Assembly: GCA_963662285.2 (NCBI GenBank)
Contig: CAXXMV010000008.1
Span: 768,001-832,000, forward strand
DNA from: a bacterium
GTDB taxonomy: Bacteria; Hinthialibacterota; Hinthialibacteria; Hinthialibacterales; Hinthialibacteraceae
DNA length: 64,000 bases
Direction of reading: 5' to 3'
The notes beneath the pieces were generated by a model. The model was not told where the DNA came from. It worked only from the letters and a program-made list of their open reading frames with translations, and did not search any database. The translations under genes were made by a program, and so were the position numbers. This document shows positions 1 through 9,845 of the stretch, piece after piece (the stretch's first letter is position 1; every line of letters begins with the position of its first letter).

Positions 1-386
1 ACGAGCCTTCCGCCGTCGAGTGGGAATATCTGAGAGACGATTTGAAAGAGTCTAATCGGCGACAGGCCGATCACTATTGCATGACGTTGCAATCGGCCAG
101 TCTCAACATTCGGAAGGCGCTGAGGAGGAGTGAAATACAAATCATTGAATTCACTGATCGTGAAATAGAAGTCATGGCCGAAAGAGAACATTCGCGTTGG
201 ACCGTGGAGCGCTTGATGGATGGATGGCGTCTGGGAGAGCAGAACACCGACCGAAAAGAAAGCCCCTATCTGGTCTCCTGGATGGACCTTTCCGACGATA
301 TTAAGGACTACGACCGAAACGCAGTCAAGGACATTCCACGGATTTTAGAAGAATACGGTTATGAAGTGTATCGTGAAACCATCTGA
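1..386 (+). CDS. RyR-domain protein, C-terminal part (begins upstream of window)
   Basis: Frame open from base 3; RyR repeat signature MAEREHSRW..ERLMDGW..G..RKESPYLVSW.DL...KDYDR. Confidence 0.75.
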   Translation, partial: EPSAVEWEYLRDDLKESNRRQADHYCMTLQSASLNIRKALRRSEIQIIEFTDREIEVMAEREHSRWTVERLMDGWRLGEQNTDRKESPYLVSWMDLSDDIKDYDRNAVKDIPRILEEYGYEVYRETI

Positions 387-792
387 ACCTTGGGCGTCAC
401 CCATTCCAACGGCACGAGTCATCATCGTCAATGAAGAGGGCGCTGTATTGCTATTGAAACGTGGTGAGGGCGACTATGGTGCCGGTCTGTGGTGCTTACC
501 CGGTGGGAAGGTGGATTATGGAGAATGCCTCAAGGAGGCGGCCCGTCGTGAACTGCATGAAGAAACATCGATCCACCCAGACCATCTACGTTTTTTATTC
601 TATCAGGATGGATTACCCAAATTTGATCAGGATATGCATTGCATCGAACTTTTTTTTCAATGCGTATACTCCGGTCCCGTCTCCGTCAATTGCGAATCCA
701 TCGATTTTGCCTGGGTTAAAGAGAAAGGAATACAAGATTATCCTATGGCTTTCAATCACGACCGAGCATTGAGCCGATATTGGGAAACATGA
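361..792 (+). CDS. NUDIX hydrolase (MutT-like)
   Basis: Nudix box GGKVDYGECLKEAARRELHEETSI. Confidence 0.9.
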   Translation: MKCIVKPSEPWASPIPTARVIIVNEEGAVLLLKRGEGDYGAGLWCLPGGKVDYGECLKEAARRELHEETSIHPDHLRFLFYQDGLPKFDQDMHCIELFFQCVYSGPVSVNCESIDFAWVKEKGIQDYPMAFNHDRALSRYWET

Positions 793-1173
793 TAAAAGTT
801 GTCTGCTAAGTCTATCCGTTTTTTATGGATTGGATTGAGACACATTGCGGCAAAGGGATTTCCAATCGTGCAATCAAAATATTGTCTATTTCTCAGTACT
901 CATTTTAAGCTTGCCAGCAGCTTATAGCAGAACTTAAGTAATAATATAATGGAACATGCAATAAGATTAATGAATCCAGGAATCTTACGCTTTTTTTGCT
1001 TTTATTATGTCTCTAGTAAATAAGCCGTGAAGTCAAAAAACTCATCCTACATGCAAGAGCTTCATATAAAACGGTTTGCGTTAACTATATTTTTGTAGGC
1101 TTGGCCTATTGAGTTTGTCTGCGTTTGCTGGAATGATAATTCTTTTGCTCAGTATATAGGATTATCTCTTCCC

Positions 1174-1311
1174 GTGCTGGAATTCATTTTGAAACCTTGC
1201 CATTTGATTATCTGATTCATGGCCTCGCATTTCAATCGCGAGCAGCAGCAAATCATTGAGTATCTGCAGGTTGAGAACGAGGTTCTCCGTGAAAAGTTGG
1301 AGAAAAAGTCC
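1174..1311 (+). pseudogene. N-terminal remnant of an integrase-core (rve) transposase
   Basis: Manual translation VLEFILKPCHLII*FMASHFNREQQQIIEYLQVENEVLREKLEKK resembles the N-terminus of integrase-core transposases common in PVC-type genomes; internal TGA at 1213; cut off just before the IS21 end. Confidence 0.5.
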
Positions 1312-1336
1312 TTTTTTAACTATCCGATATTTTTAT

Positions 1337-3192
1337 TGCCAGGTGAAACGGAGGTCGGCTCTGCTGGAGAGCAACCGGCCAAGGGATAACCTGGTGCGTT
1401 TGCGATGGGTGGAAACTGGGGGTGAACTTAAAAAGATTCGCTCCCTGATTCCTTTCAATTCCACCCGGAACATTCGCCCATGCCTCACAAAACTCAAATC
1501 ATAACTATGTGTTTTCTTCATCATGCGGTGTTGTTTCCTGTCCAGATTTAGTTTCCATCTTTTGCCGCGTCCGGTATGAGTTGCCTTTGGTGGTGAGAAT
1601 ATGAGCGTGGTGCACGAGGCGGTCCAGCAAGGCGGTGGTTAATTTCTCGCTGCCGAAAACCTGCACCCATTCACTGAAATCCAAGTTGGTCGTCACAATG
1701 GTCGAGCGGCGTTCGTATCGATCCGCCAAAAGATTAAATAGCAACTCGCCTTCGTGTTTGTTGAAAGGAGTGAATCCCAGTTCATCCACAATCAAAAGAG
1801 AAACGCTCAAATAGCGTTGATGCAAACGTCCCAGCGTCCGGTCATCTTTGGCTTCCACCAAATTCCTGACCAGTTCCGATGCTCTCACAAAAACCACCCT
1901 GCATCGACGCCGCGCCGCTTCCATGCCCAGCGCAATGGCCAAGTGTGATTTGCCCGTTCCGATTGGCCCCGCAATAATCACGTCATCCGCGCGATCAATA
2001 AATTCACCACTGGCCAGTTCGAGCACTTTCGGTTTGGATACCCCGCGCAATTTCTGCCAATCAATTTGATCAAGCGTTTTTTGATCGGGGAAACGGGCTT
2101 CCCGAATACGGCGCAAGGCGCTTTTCTCGCGTCGTTCGCGCACTTCCGACTCAAGCAACTGCTTGAGAAATTCTTCATAAGGCCAATCCCCATCCTGCGC
2201 ATGACGCGCTAATTCCGGGTAAAGCCGCACCATGGCGCTGAGTTTAAGTTCTTTCCCATATTCTTCAATCACGGCTTTCAAGGCGCTATTATTCATGATC
2301 GCCTCCTCGCAACAAAAAATCATAATCGGCGGCGGTCGCTTTTTCGATCACATATTCTGCCAGTTCATCCGGCACGGGAATAGTTAGAGGCGCACTTTGA
2401 TCAATGATATCCATTCGCCCCAACAGACCGGTTCGATCTGCGTCCAGTATGTCCTTAACAGCCTGACTGACCTCTTCCAAAGATGAGTCCAGGATCGCTC
2501 TAAGCACTTTGGCCATTATGCGGGCGGCGTTAATTCCACCGTGTGATTTTTCCAGCAAGTTCCAGAAACGCTGAAATGGTTCGCCTAGTTCCGACATCAA
2601 CTCCGGCGAAAGTTGACGGACTGCTTGCGGCTTTTTGGCGAATTCACGCAGGTAATGAACATAGCGAATCTGCCGCCCCGCTTGTTTTTTCTTTTCATAA
2701 ATAACGGTGATCCCCTGGCAAACAATCCGTATTTCTTCCACGCCGACATAGGCCATCGCTTCCAGGCAAGCCCATTCCGAGGGCAGCGAATACTCGGTTC
2801 CCTCAATGATGGCGGTCGATTTACGGTTGATTGAAATGGGGAGCAAACGGCTTGGATCAAACGGATAAGGCGGCAGGGAATGTAAATAGCGCTGCTCTTC
2901 TTTGATCTTTTCCGCAACCGGTTTCCCGGCGCGATCCTTTTTGGATTGACGAAGTTTCTCAATGTCATGCAAGAGGGCTTGCGATAATTGGGCCAGCGAA
3001 TCGCCGCGCGGAACCGGCGTGAGATGCTGCAAACGAATACCTTTACCCCGGCTTTCCACTCCGCCTTTGTCGTGTCCAACGCCAACCCGCGCAAAGCAGG
3101 GTTCGAATAAATAATGGCTCACCAAGGCGTGGAAGCGTCCGCTTAATTCACGGGCGGGATACATGATGCGTTTTACCGCCGCCGCCAGATCA
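1337..3192 (-). mobile_element. IS21-family element, one end deleted
   Basis: istA-istB pair; the retained end near 1337 is approximate; istA 5' half is missing. Confidence 0.75.
1505..2296 (-). CDS. istB: IS21 helper ATPase IstB
   Basis: Walker A GPIGTGKSH, LLIVDELGF, TTNLDFSEW, ALLDRLVHH; start overlaps istA stop. Confidence 0.93.
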   Translation of the reverse strand: MNNSALKAVIEEYGKELKLSAMVRLYPELARHAQDGDWPYEEFLKQLLESEVRERREKSALRRIREARFPDQKTLDQIDWQKLRGVSKPKVLELASGEFIDRADDVIIAGPIGTGKSHLAIALGMEAARRRCRVVFVRASELVRNLVEAKDDRTLGRLHQRYLSVSLLIVDELGFTPFNKHEGELLFNLLADRYERRSTIVTTNLDFSEWVQVFGSEKLTTALLDRLVHHAHILTTKGNSYRTRQKMETKSGQETTPHDEENT

Positions 3193-3197
3193 ACCAA
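2289..3197 (-). pseudogene. istA: IS21 transposase IstA, 5'-truncated
   Basis: LVSHYLFEPCFARVGVGHDKGGVES and EYSLP motifs; HTH and first catalytic Asp residues are absent. Confidence 0.8.
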
Positions 3198-3220
3198 TCA
3201 CAAGACAAAGGAGCATCGAC

Positions 3221-3619
3221 ATGACGGATAACAATTTACCAACATTTTACATGACAGAAGACGAACTCATTCCTGAGGGCGTTTATCAAACTGAATGCAC
3301 CAAAGTGGAAAGCATCAAAAAGGGCAGATACATCAAGTTTACTTTCTGAATTTTGGATTATAGCCTTGAGAAAAACTTTGCGAATGGACTCTGCGAAACA
3401 CGAAGCAACCGATCTTCCAGTTTCGTACGCTGGGTTAGGACGCTTTCGGGTATTGAATTCTCTAAAGACCAATCCTTCAACTTGAATGAGTTGCAGCATG
3501 ACATTATTGGGAACCATTGCTTTGTTCGGATCAAGCATAAAGAAAAAGACGACCGTGTCTTTGATAACGTCGTAGCGGTTTATCCGCACGATGATTCGCG
3601 ATTCACAAAATCGTCATAG
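3221..3619 (+). pseudogene. Phage-like protein (possibly DUF669/SSB-like) with in-frame TGA at 3347
   Basis: RBS AAGGAG, then ATG 3221 reads MTDNNLPTFYMTEDELIPEGVYQTECTKV...IKFTF*ILDYS..., in frame with ORF 3353-3619. Confidence 0.5.
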
Positions 3620-3624
3620 GAGGA

Positions 3625-3852
3625 ATGAGACAAATGACTGTACCCGCTACCTTGAAAAAAGTCATAACGCCGGAAGGGAAAGTTTATTACGAGGGTTCTT
3701 TCCCTTCTTGTATATCCAAGAGCAAAGAGGATCTTAAAGTGATCGGTTACGATGAAGAAAATGTTCCATCTGAATTGCGTTCTATGGCGTCAAAAGTTCC
3801 AGCGAAAGATGGTAATTTTTATCTTTTCATTGAAGAACTGACCAAGAAGTGA
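3625..3852 (+). CDS. Hypothetical protein of the integrative element
   Basis: ORF with AGGAGG RBS, coupled to the upstream gene. Confidence 0.55.
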   Translation: MRQMTVPATLKKVITPEGKVYYEGSFPSCISKSKEDLKVIGYDEENVPSELRSMASKVPAKDGNFYLFIEELTKK

Positions 3853-3937
3853 TTCCGTACTGGATGGCCTTCGGTGAGGTAATCGCTTCGCCGGAGCCGA
3901 TGCGAAACAGAATTCTGATCGATCATGGAATAGACAG

Positions 3938-4126
3938 ATGAAAATAACAATAGATCTCTTCACACGTGAAGATGCAGCGAAATACCTTCGCATATCAATT
4001 CGGTATCTCGACAAATTACTTTCCGATGGAGAAATACAGAAAGTCCAATACCGTCCCGGAGGGCGAGTATTCATTGACAAAGCGGATTTGGATGAATTTA
4101 TCGAGAACAGCAAGCGATATGGCTAA
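3938..4126 (+). CDS. Excisionase-like helix-turn-helix protein (HTH_17 type)
   Basis: LFTREDAAKYLRISIRYLDKLLSDGEI...GRVFIDKADLDEFI; convergent with the integrase. Confidence 0.85.
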   Translation: MKITIDLFTREDAAKYLRISIRYLDKLLSDGEIQKVQYRPGGRVFIDKADLDEFIENSKRYG

Positions 4127-5157
4127 TCGATTCTATCGATATCGCTATCCATCTCCTGAAGGTGCGCATAAATTTGCGTTGTAACTGAATCCTTATGACC
4201 CAACCATTTCTGTACTTTATAAAGGCTAACTCCAGCAATAGCCAACTGAGAAGCAAACGTATACCGCAACACGTGAGGGGTGGCATTATCCACACCGGCT
4301 GCGTTGCAGACTTTATCGAATCCTTTACGAAAATCGTATCGATACCGGTTTTGTTTCCGCTCCCTATCATCGGAGAATATGTATCCGCTTTCTTCCCTGC
4401 AAGGTTCAAACTCTTCCTTGATTTTTGAGTGCATCGGAACCGTCCGATGTCGCCCGCTTTTGGGATTGAAATCCTCGCTCTCTTGGATAGTGATCGTCCG
4501 CCGTTCAAAGTCGAACCATTCCCACCAAATGAACGATATTTCCCGTTTCCGTAATCCTGCATAGATGCCCAATAGGAATACCCAATACCATTCTCTTCTC
4601 AGAGCCTTCGCCACTGCCAAGACTTTTTCGATCTCTTCACTGCTTAAAAATCTCGGCAATTTTTGGGGAACTTTGAATTTCTCGACTCCAGAACAGGGAT
4701 TCCGGTCTAATTCTCTACATTTTACTGCTCTCCCCAAGATGGCGCTGATATGTCTGAGATGAATATTGACTGAAGTAGGGGACGATCCAGCCTTCAACCT
4801 TTTCTGCTTAAAATCCTCAATGACGGCGGGAGTGATCTGTCTCAGTTTCTTCTTATTACCCAAAATCTCTAGAAGATACCGAACCGCTTCTTTTTCAATG
4901 TTAATTGTAGATTGCCTTTTATGTTGAGCCGCGTATTCCCAATAACGATTAAGAAATGAATCGATATCGCTTTGACCTTGGGTTTCATGTCCATCAGAGG
5001 AAATAGCGAGTTGACGCTCCAGTTCCTTCACTCGTTCGAGCGCTTCCGACTTGATCCCCGTATGGAGATTCTTATGGAATTGCTTTCCACCTATTGAATA
5101 GTAACACCAATAGGACTTGTCATTCTTGCGTTTTTTGCGGATACGGACTTTAACCAT
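4123..5157 (-). CDS. Tyrosine recombinase / phage-type integrase
   Basis: AGLRKRE, HVLR, LGH, TQIYAH catalytic motifs; next to tRNA 3' end; alternative start 5172. Confidence 0.93.
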   Translation of the reverse strand: MVKVRIRKKRKNDKSYWCYYSIGGKQFHKNLHTGIKSEALERVKELERQLAISSDGHETQGQSDIDSFLNRYWEYAAQHKRQSTINIEKEAVRYLLEILGNKKKLRQITPAVIEDFKQKRLKAGSSPTSVNIHLRHISAILGRAVKCRELDRNPCSGVEKFKVPQKLPRFLSSEEIEKVLAVAKALRREWYWVFLLGIYAGLRKREISFIWWEWFDFERRTITIQESEDFNPKSGRHRTVPMHSKIKEEFEPCREESGYIFSDDRERKQNRYRYDFRKGFDKVCNAAGVDNATPHVLRYTFASQLAIAGVSLYKVQKWLGHKDSVTTQIYAHLQEMDSDIDRID

Positions 5158-5181
5158 GATTCCTCTCTCCATTCATTATTA

Positions 5182-5200
5182 TATGGAAATTCTATGGAAA
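5182..5200. promoter_or_regulatory. Putative integrase arm-type sites (TATGGAAA direct repeat x2)
   Basis: tatggaaa-ttc-tatggaaa between tRNA 3' end and integrase start. Confidence 0.4.
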
Positions 5201-5258
5201 GAGGCAAAGGGGGAGTTTCAGGAAAATTATAAGTCTTTATATTTCAATAAATTAAACA

Positions 5259-5332
5259 CGCGCCGGAAGGGACTCGAACCCCCAACCGCCTGATCCGAAG
5301 TCAGGTGCTCTATCCAATTGAGCCACCGGCGC
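5259..5332 (-). tRNA. tRNA-Arg (anticodon TCG), no encoded CCA
   Basis: Reverse complement GCGCCGG-TGGCTCAATTGGATAGAGCA-CCTGA-CTTCGGA-TCAGG-CGGTT-GGGGGTTCGAGTCCCTT-CCGGCGCG forms a cloverleaf. Confidence 0.95.
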
Positions 5333-5429
5333 TGATTGAGATATTATTAACCAAAGTGGATTTTGGCCTTTTAACTCCTGGGGTCAAGCCCTTCATCATT
5401 TTGACAAGACAGTTATTCCACAAATTATT

Positions 5430-5466
5430 GTTGTACAGCGCCAAATCCTTGATGGCGCTGTACAAC
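5430..5466. terminator. Hairpin downstream of the oxidoreductase operon
   Basis: gttgtacagcgcca / tggcgctgtacaac perfect 14-bp stem. Confidence 0.6.
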
Positions 5467-5485
5467 TAATGTGTTGCATTCTGAT

Positions 5486-6763
5486 TTACAATATGATTTT
5501 ATCTCTGGCTGAATCAAACTTGGCTACTTTACCTTCACGGAATCCAAGCATACCCATCTGCAAAGCAGTTTGGACATGATAAGCCAAGTCAGCAGTGCTT
5601 TGGGTTTCCAGTTTTCGCTCCCGAATGCATTTAAAGAAGTTTCTCCAATAGTCTTGGAAATTCTCGCCATGTTCAATGGGGAAACTTTTGGCTTTTTTAT
5701 CAGAGCCTTCTGTCGGAGTAAATGTCACATCTTCTCCTGCCACCGTCAAAGTTCCATCCCAGCCGCGAATCACGGGTATGCGGTTTCCAGCGCCGCGCGA
5801 TCCGGTAGTGGGGTGATTGTTGCCCTGGGTTCCCAAAACCACAACCGTAACTTTTTCGGGATAGTCGATCAGCATATTGAAAGTGTCGGGAATCTCTCTT
5901 TCCTGATAGCGGAACTTTCCACCGGTCGCTACAACCGTTTCCGGCATGGATAATCCAAGGATGCTAATAACAGGAGTCAATGAATGCGGAAACAGATCGG
6001 TCACCGGACCGCCGGCATAATCAGCGTACATCCGCCAACGGAAATAGCGGCTTACATCAAAAGGACGCTTGGGAGAATCGCCTAAGAAGGCATCCCAATT
6101 TATATCTTTACCTGGTTTAACATCGGGATCATCAATCGGCATGCCGCGTTCGCCCCAGTCTCCCACGCGGAAATAGCCGCATTCAGCATGAAGCGGCTGC
6201 CCGATAAGGCCGTCTTGAACCAGCGTCTTCATCAGGCTCCATGCGCCGTCAGACATCCCCTGGGTTCCCAGTTGAAATACTCTTTTCGATTTGTTCACTT
6301 CCCACGCCAGTTTTTTAGTCAGTTCAAACTGGCGCCAGTGGGTGACTGGTTTTTCGCAATATACATCTTTGCCAGCCTGCACAGCGTCTATCGCCTGATA
6401 ACCATGAATATGATCCGGAGTGGCGATGCTCACGGCGTCAACCTCCGCATCAGCCAGCAGTTCGCGATGATCCATATATTGTTTTTTTACTTCAAATTTA
6501 TCAGCGGCGCGTTGCATCCGTGGACGATATGAATCACACACGGCAACCACGCGGACATTACAATCTTGTTCTAATTCCTGCACTACGCGAAGATGTGAAT
6601 GCGCTCTGCCTCCAGCGCCAATCACGCCGAATCCAATACGGTCGTTGGCGCCCATTACGCGTGAAGATGATAACGCGGTAATAGCAACAGCGGCGGACGC
6701 AGTACGATTTAGAAAGCCGCGCCGGTCAAGTTTTGATTGAGAATTTTTTGAATCTTTCAACAT
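5486..6763 (-). CDS. Tat-exported Gfo/Idh/MocA oxidoreductase
   Basis: DRRGFL Tat motif, GVIGAGGR, ATPDHIH, DVYCEKP. Confidence 0.9.
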   Translation of the reverse strand: MLKDSKNSQSKLDRRGFLNRTASAAVAITALSSSRVMGANDRIGFGVIGAGGRAHSHLRVVQELEQDCNVRVVAVCDSYRPRMQRAADKFEVKKQYMDHRELLADAEVDAVSIATPDHIHGYQAIDAVQAGKDVYCEKPVTHWRQFELTKKLAWEVNKSKRVFQLGTQGMSDGAWSLMKTLVQDGLIGQPLHAECGYFRVGDWGERGMPIDDPDVKPGKDINWDAFLGDSPKRPFDVSRYFRWRMYADYAGGPVTDLFPHSLTPVISILGLSMPETVVATGGKFRYQEREIPDTFNMLIDYPEKVTVVVLGTQGNNHPTTGSRGAGNRIPVIRGWDGTLTVAGEDVTFTPTEGSDKKAKSFPIEHGENFQDYWRNFFKCIRERKLETQSTADLAYHVQTALQMGMLGFREGKVAKFDSARDKIIL

Positions 6764-6779
6764 AATTATCTCCCTTTTA

Positions 6780-7694
6780 TTATTTAGATTTCAAATTATC
6801 GATCCAGGATTGATAAGCGGCGCCAATGACGTCCGGCTTGATTACGCCATCCCATACTGCGACGCCGTAAGTTAGATTCAACGGATTGCCTTCAGTGATT
6901 TTGAATGGCTTCTCGTGATACAGCATTGTCGCGGATAGATAGGCGAATGAATTAACCATGTTAAACCACGTCGCTTGCCGGTAATTATCAGGGCTGTCAA
7001 ACATGACAACGGTAACGGGATGATCTCCACTGTCAACTGTATACGAACACCACTTGGCGGGCGCTAACCGTTCTTCGCCTCTGAATATCTTTCCTTCAGT
7101 TCCCTCTGAATTGGTGAATTTTCCAACCTTATCCATCGATTCCAAGAAACGCATACCCAGTCCATAGTAATGTGAACCGGAAATATCCACCGATGATTTT
7201 CCGGCAGCGGTTTTGAATTGAGATTGCCAGGTCAATAAAGTATAAGGCTTACTTTTATGAACTGTGACAGTGCGCAATTCATCAAGAACCGCTTGATCAG
7301 AAGGCAGTTTCCAAGTGAGAAACTCAGAGAATCCAGCAGTTTGATCATTAAACAGAGTCTGATTAATTGAACAATGCACCTGTTTCCCGCCCTTGTCAGT
7401 CTCCTCCCAAAAACTTGCGCCCTCCACACTGAATGCAAACATCAAACTATGATGATGCAGATGGTCGCTGGGAGCATCGCGCAGAATATTAAAACCCTGG
7501 GGAGTAAATAATTCCTTAACGTATGGCTTAAAAGGAACCTGATCGTATTTATAGATCATCATAGGACGTTGGCCATCAAGTACAGTGATCTGCTTTTCAT
7601 CAGTAATCACCCGCAGAGATCCATCAGCCATCACATTCATACTGCCTATCACCAACAACAATAATATACTTAAAAAGACGCATGTTTTATTCAT
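6780..7694 (-). CDS. Secreted DUF6807 ('PmoA family') protein
   Basis: Signal peptide; KPY..L.TP.G, DHLHHHSL, HYYGLGMR motifs. Confidence 0.65.
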   Translation of the reverse strand: MNKTCVFLSILLLLVIGSMNVMADGSLRVITDEKQITVLDGQRPMMIYKYDQVPFKPYVKELFTPQGFNILRDAPSDHLHHHSLMFAFSVEGASFWEETDKGGKQVHCSINQTLFNDQTAGFSEFLTWKLPSDQAVLDELRTVTVHKSKPYTLLTWQSQFKTAAGKSSVDISGSHYYGLGMRFLESMDKVGKFTNSEGTEGKIFRGEERLAPAKWCSYTVDSGDHPVTVVMFDSPDNYRQATWFNMVNSFAYLSATMLYHEKPFKITEGNPLNLTYGVAVWDGVIKPDVIGAAYQSWIDNLKSK

Positions 7695-7725
7695 GATTTT
7701 TTCCCCTTGAATCCGCAATAGCGTC

Positions 7726-8550
7726 TTATATAAGCGCTTTGAGATGTTTAATGCTGCGTTCGGCCTGCTCGACCGTTCCGCATTCAACCGAGAAGACGAT
7801 ATCACGTTCAAGTTTCTGGCATATTTCTACCACCTTAGCCCAATCAATCACGCCATCACCACAGGCGCAGCCCACCGGCGTACCGGAAACCTGCCCTCTT
7901 TCCGCTTCGGATTGTTGGATGGAAATGTCCTTGGCATGCAGATGAATCAAGCGGTCAGCCACATGTTCCAACCATGCGATAGGATCCTGACCCGCTATAT
8001 AGGCGTTACCTGTATCAAAATTAATGCCTATGGCTGGCGAATCAACCAGTTCATACAACCGGTCCAGTCCATCAGGCGTCTTACTATATTGCTGATGGTT
8101 TTCGATGCCGATTTCGATGCCGCGCGGTTCAGCAACTTTGGCCGCTTCTTTTAAGACATATTTCATTAAGACATGATCTTCTTCGACTGTAGTCCAATCC
8201 GATTTGGGACCCTCATCAGAATTAACGATAGTAGTTCCAATTTCTGCCGCAAAACGGATGGCTTGCTTCAGATATTCCGTACTGATTTCCGGTTTACATA
8301 ACGGTGAATGGCCTGATAAACTGCAAACGCCGATGCCCGCTTTTTTACATGCATTCTTTATACGGTAAGGATCATCCAACATCGAGACGCTATGAAAATA
8401 CCCCGCCTCACTCAACAGCTCGCGTCCCCAATGCACCATTGGCTCCACAAAATCATAACCCAATTCGGCGGCCTTCTCGACGCCCCACTCAAACGACTTG
8501 TCCGCACTGCGGACAAACTCCATATTTACGCTTAAAGATATTTTTCCCAT
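7726..8550 (-). CDS. Sugar phosphate isomerase/epimerase (xylose isomerase-like TIM barrel)
   Basis: IGIENH, INFDTGN, HLHAKD, FSVE motifs. Confidence 0.88.
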   Translation of the reverse strand: MGKISLSVNMEFVRSADKSFEWGVEKAAELGYDFVEPMVHWGRELLSEAGYFHSVSMLDDPYRIKNACKKAGIGVCSLSGHSPLCKPEISTEYLKQAIRFAAEIGTTIVNSDEGPKSDWTTVEEDHVLMKYVLKEAAKVAEPRGIEIGIENHQQYSKTPDGLDRLYELVDSPAIGINFDTGNAYIAGQDPIAWLEHVADRLIHLHAKDISIQQSEAERGQVSGTPVGCACGDGVIDWAKVVEICQKLERDIVFSVECGTVEQAERSIKHLKALI

Positions 8551-8729
8551 ATCAATAATCTCCTTTCAATTCAGAATCATACTCAATAGTATTAAAATTA
8601 GGTTGAACAAGATCAAACAACACGCAACACCCATATTCTTGCGTTATTGTTACATTAATGATATATTTTAGTCTACCCTGTGTCGTCTGTTTTTCTTCAG
8701 TGAAGGATTTTAAACATCCGGTGACCAAC

Positions 8730-9758
8730 ATGCCCAAGCATCCCTATATATACCAGGAACACGGAAACACTTATCAAGCAGATACTTGCGAAGACCTCAG
8801 CGCAGCGGTTCAAGCGGGAAACGTGCGGCTTGAAGCGCTGGCGAGGGGCAGTTATCCCGGCCAAAGATTAGAACATCTCACCCTCCCCGGCATAAAAAGC
8901 ATCGGATTCTGGGACGCCATTGGACCGCAAACATGGGGACTCGATTGGCACCGCAATGAAGGCATCGAACTGACTTATCTTGAGACGGGCAGTTTTTGCT
9001 TCTCAGTCAACGCTCATCAACATAGGCTCAAACCGGATGATTTAACCATCACCCGTCCCTGGCAGCCCCACCGCGTCGGCGATCCATACGTTGAAGCGGG
9101 CAGACTCCATTGGATCATCCTTGATGTGGATGTAAGACGCCCTAATCAGGACTGGAAATGGCCCAAGTGGCTCATCCTGAAAAAAGAGGACATCACCGAA
9201 CTGACCAACTTACTACGCCATAACGAGCAGCAAGTCTGGCGCTCCACATCCGACATCAGGCATTGCTTCAAAAAAATCGGCGCCGCCGTCGAGCAAGACC
9301 GTAACGGAAATCAAATATCACGCTTAACCGTATACATAAACGAACTATTCCTCCATCTTCTCGAAATGCTTAGAGAGAAGAACATTGATCTCAATCCATC
9401 ACTCTCCAGCACTCACCGGACAGTGGAACTATTCTTCGGAGACCTGAAATCAAACCGGGAAACGCTCTGTGAACCCTGGACAGTGGAAACCATGGCTCAA
9501 CAATGCGGCTTGGGCGTCACCTCGTTTGTGCACTATTGCAAACATCTTTTCAACACGACGCCTGCGCAATACCTTAACCAATTAAGAATCGAAGCGGCGA
9601 CCAGGCAATTAATCGATAATCCGCGATTAAGCATAACCGAAATTGCCTATTCTTCCGGATTCTGCTCCAGTCAATATTTCGCTACCGTTTTTAGGCGGCA
9701 TACGGGTTTCAGTCCCAAAGAATTCCGCGAACTCTATATCTCAAAGCGAAATATTTAG
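8730..9758 (+). CDS. AraC-family transcriptional regulator
   Basis: Cupin WHRNEGIE; C-terminal SITEIAYSSGFCSSQYFATVFRRHTGFSPKEFR; divergent from the sugar operon. Confidence 0.9.
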   Translation: MPKHPYIYQEHGNTYQADTCEDLSAAVQAGNVRLEALARGSYPGQRLEHLTLPGIKSIGFWDAIGPQTWGLDWHRNEGIELTYLETGSFCFSVNAHQHRLKPDDLTITRPWQPHRVGDPYVEAGRLHWIILDVDVRRPNQDWKWPKWLILKKEDITELTNLLRHNEQQVWRSTSDIRHCFKKIGAAVEQDRNGNQISRLTVYINELFLHLLEMLREKNIDLNPSLSSTHRTVELFFGDLKSNRETLCEPWTVETMAQQCGLGVTSFVHYCKHLFNTTPAQYLNQLRIEAATRQLIDNPRLSITEIAYSSGFCSSQYFATVFRRHTGFSPKEFRELYISKRNI

Positions 9759-9799
9759 CAAAATCCGAATTGGGAATTACATTATTTTCAAATCCCACT

Positions 9800-9819
9800 T
9801 TATTACGTACACGTAATAA
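9800..9819. promoter_or_regulatory. Palindromic operator, putative EctR/MarR site
   Basis: TTATTACGT-AC-ACGTAATAA perfect inverted repeat just upstream of a TATAAT and the MarR gene. Confidence 0.65.
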
Positions 9820-9845
9820 TATATAATATAAGTAAGGCATAAAAA

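Larger units (their letters stand above)
1..5258. mobile_element. Right end of a tRNA-Arg-integrated genomic island or prophage remnant (left boundary outside window)
   Basis: Integrase + xis-like gene directly downstream of the tRNA 3' end; IS debris and cargo further left. Confidence 0.7.

Noticed and set aside
3347-3349. Selenocysteine or alternative genetic code at the in-frame TGA
   Set aside because: TGA terminates many ordinary genes here (NUDIX, ssb, rpsT), and no SECIS-like context was identified.
3236-3589. Minus-strand 117-aa ORF
   Set aside because: Antisense to a better-supported plus-strand gene with an RBS.
6780-7694. Methane monooxygenase subunit
   Set aside because: It is a soluble secreted protein; the 'PmoA' family label is nominal and there is no pmoB/pmoC.
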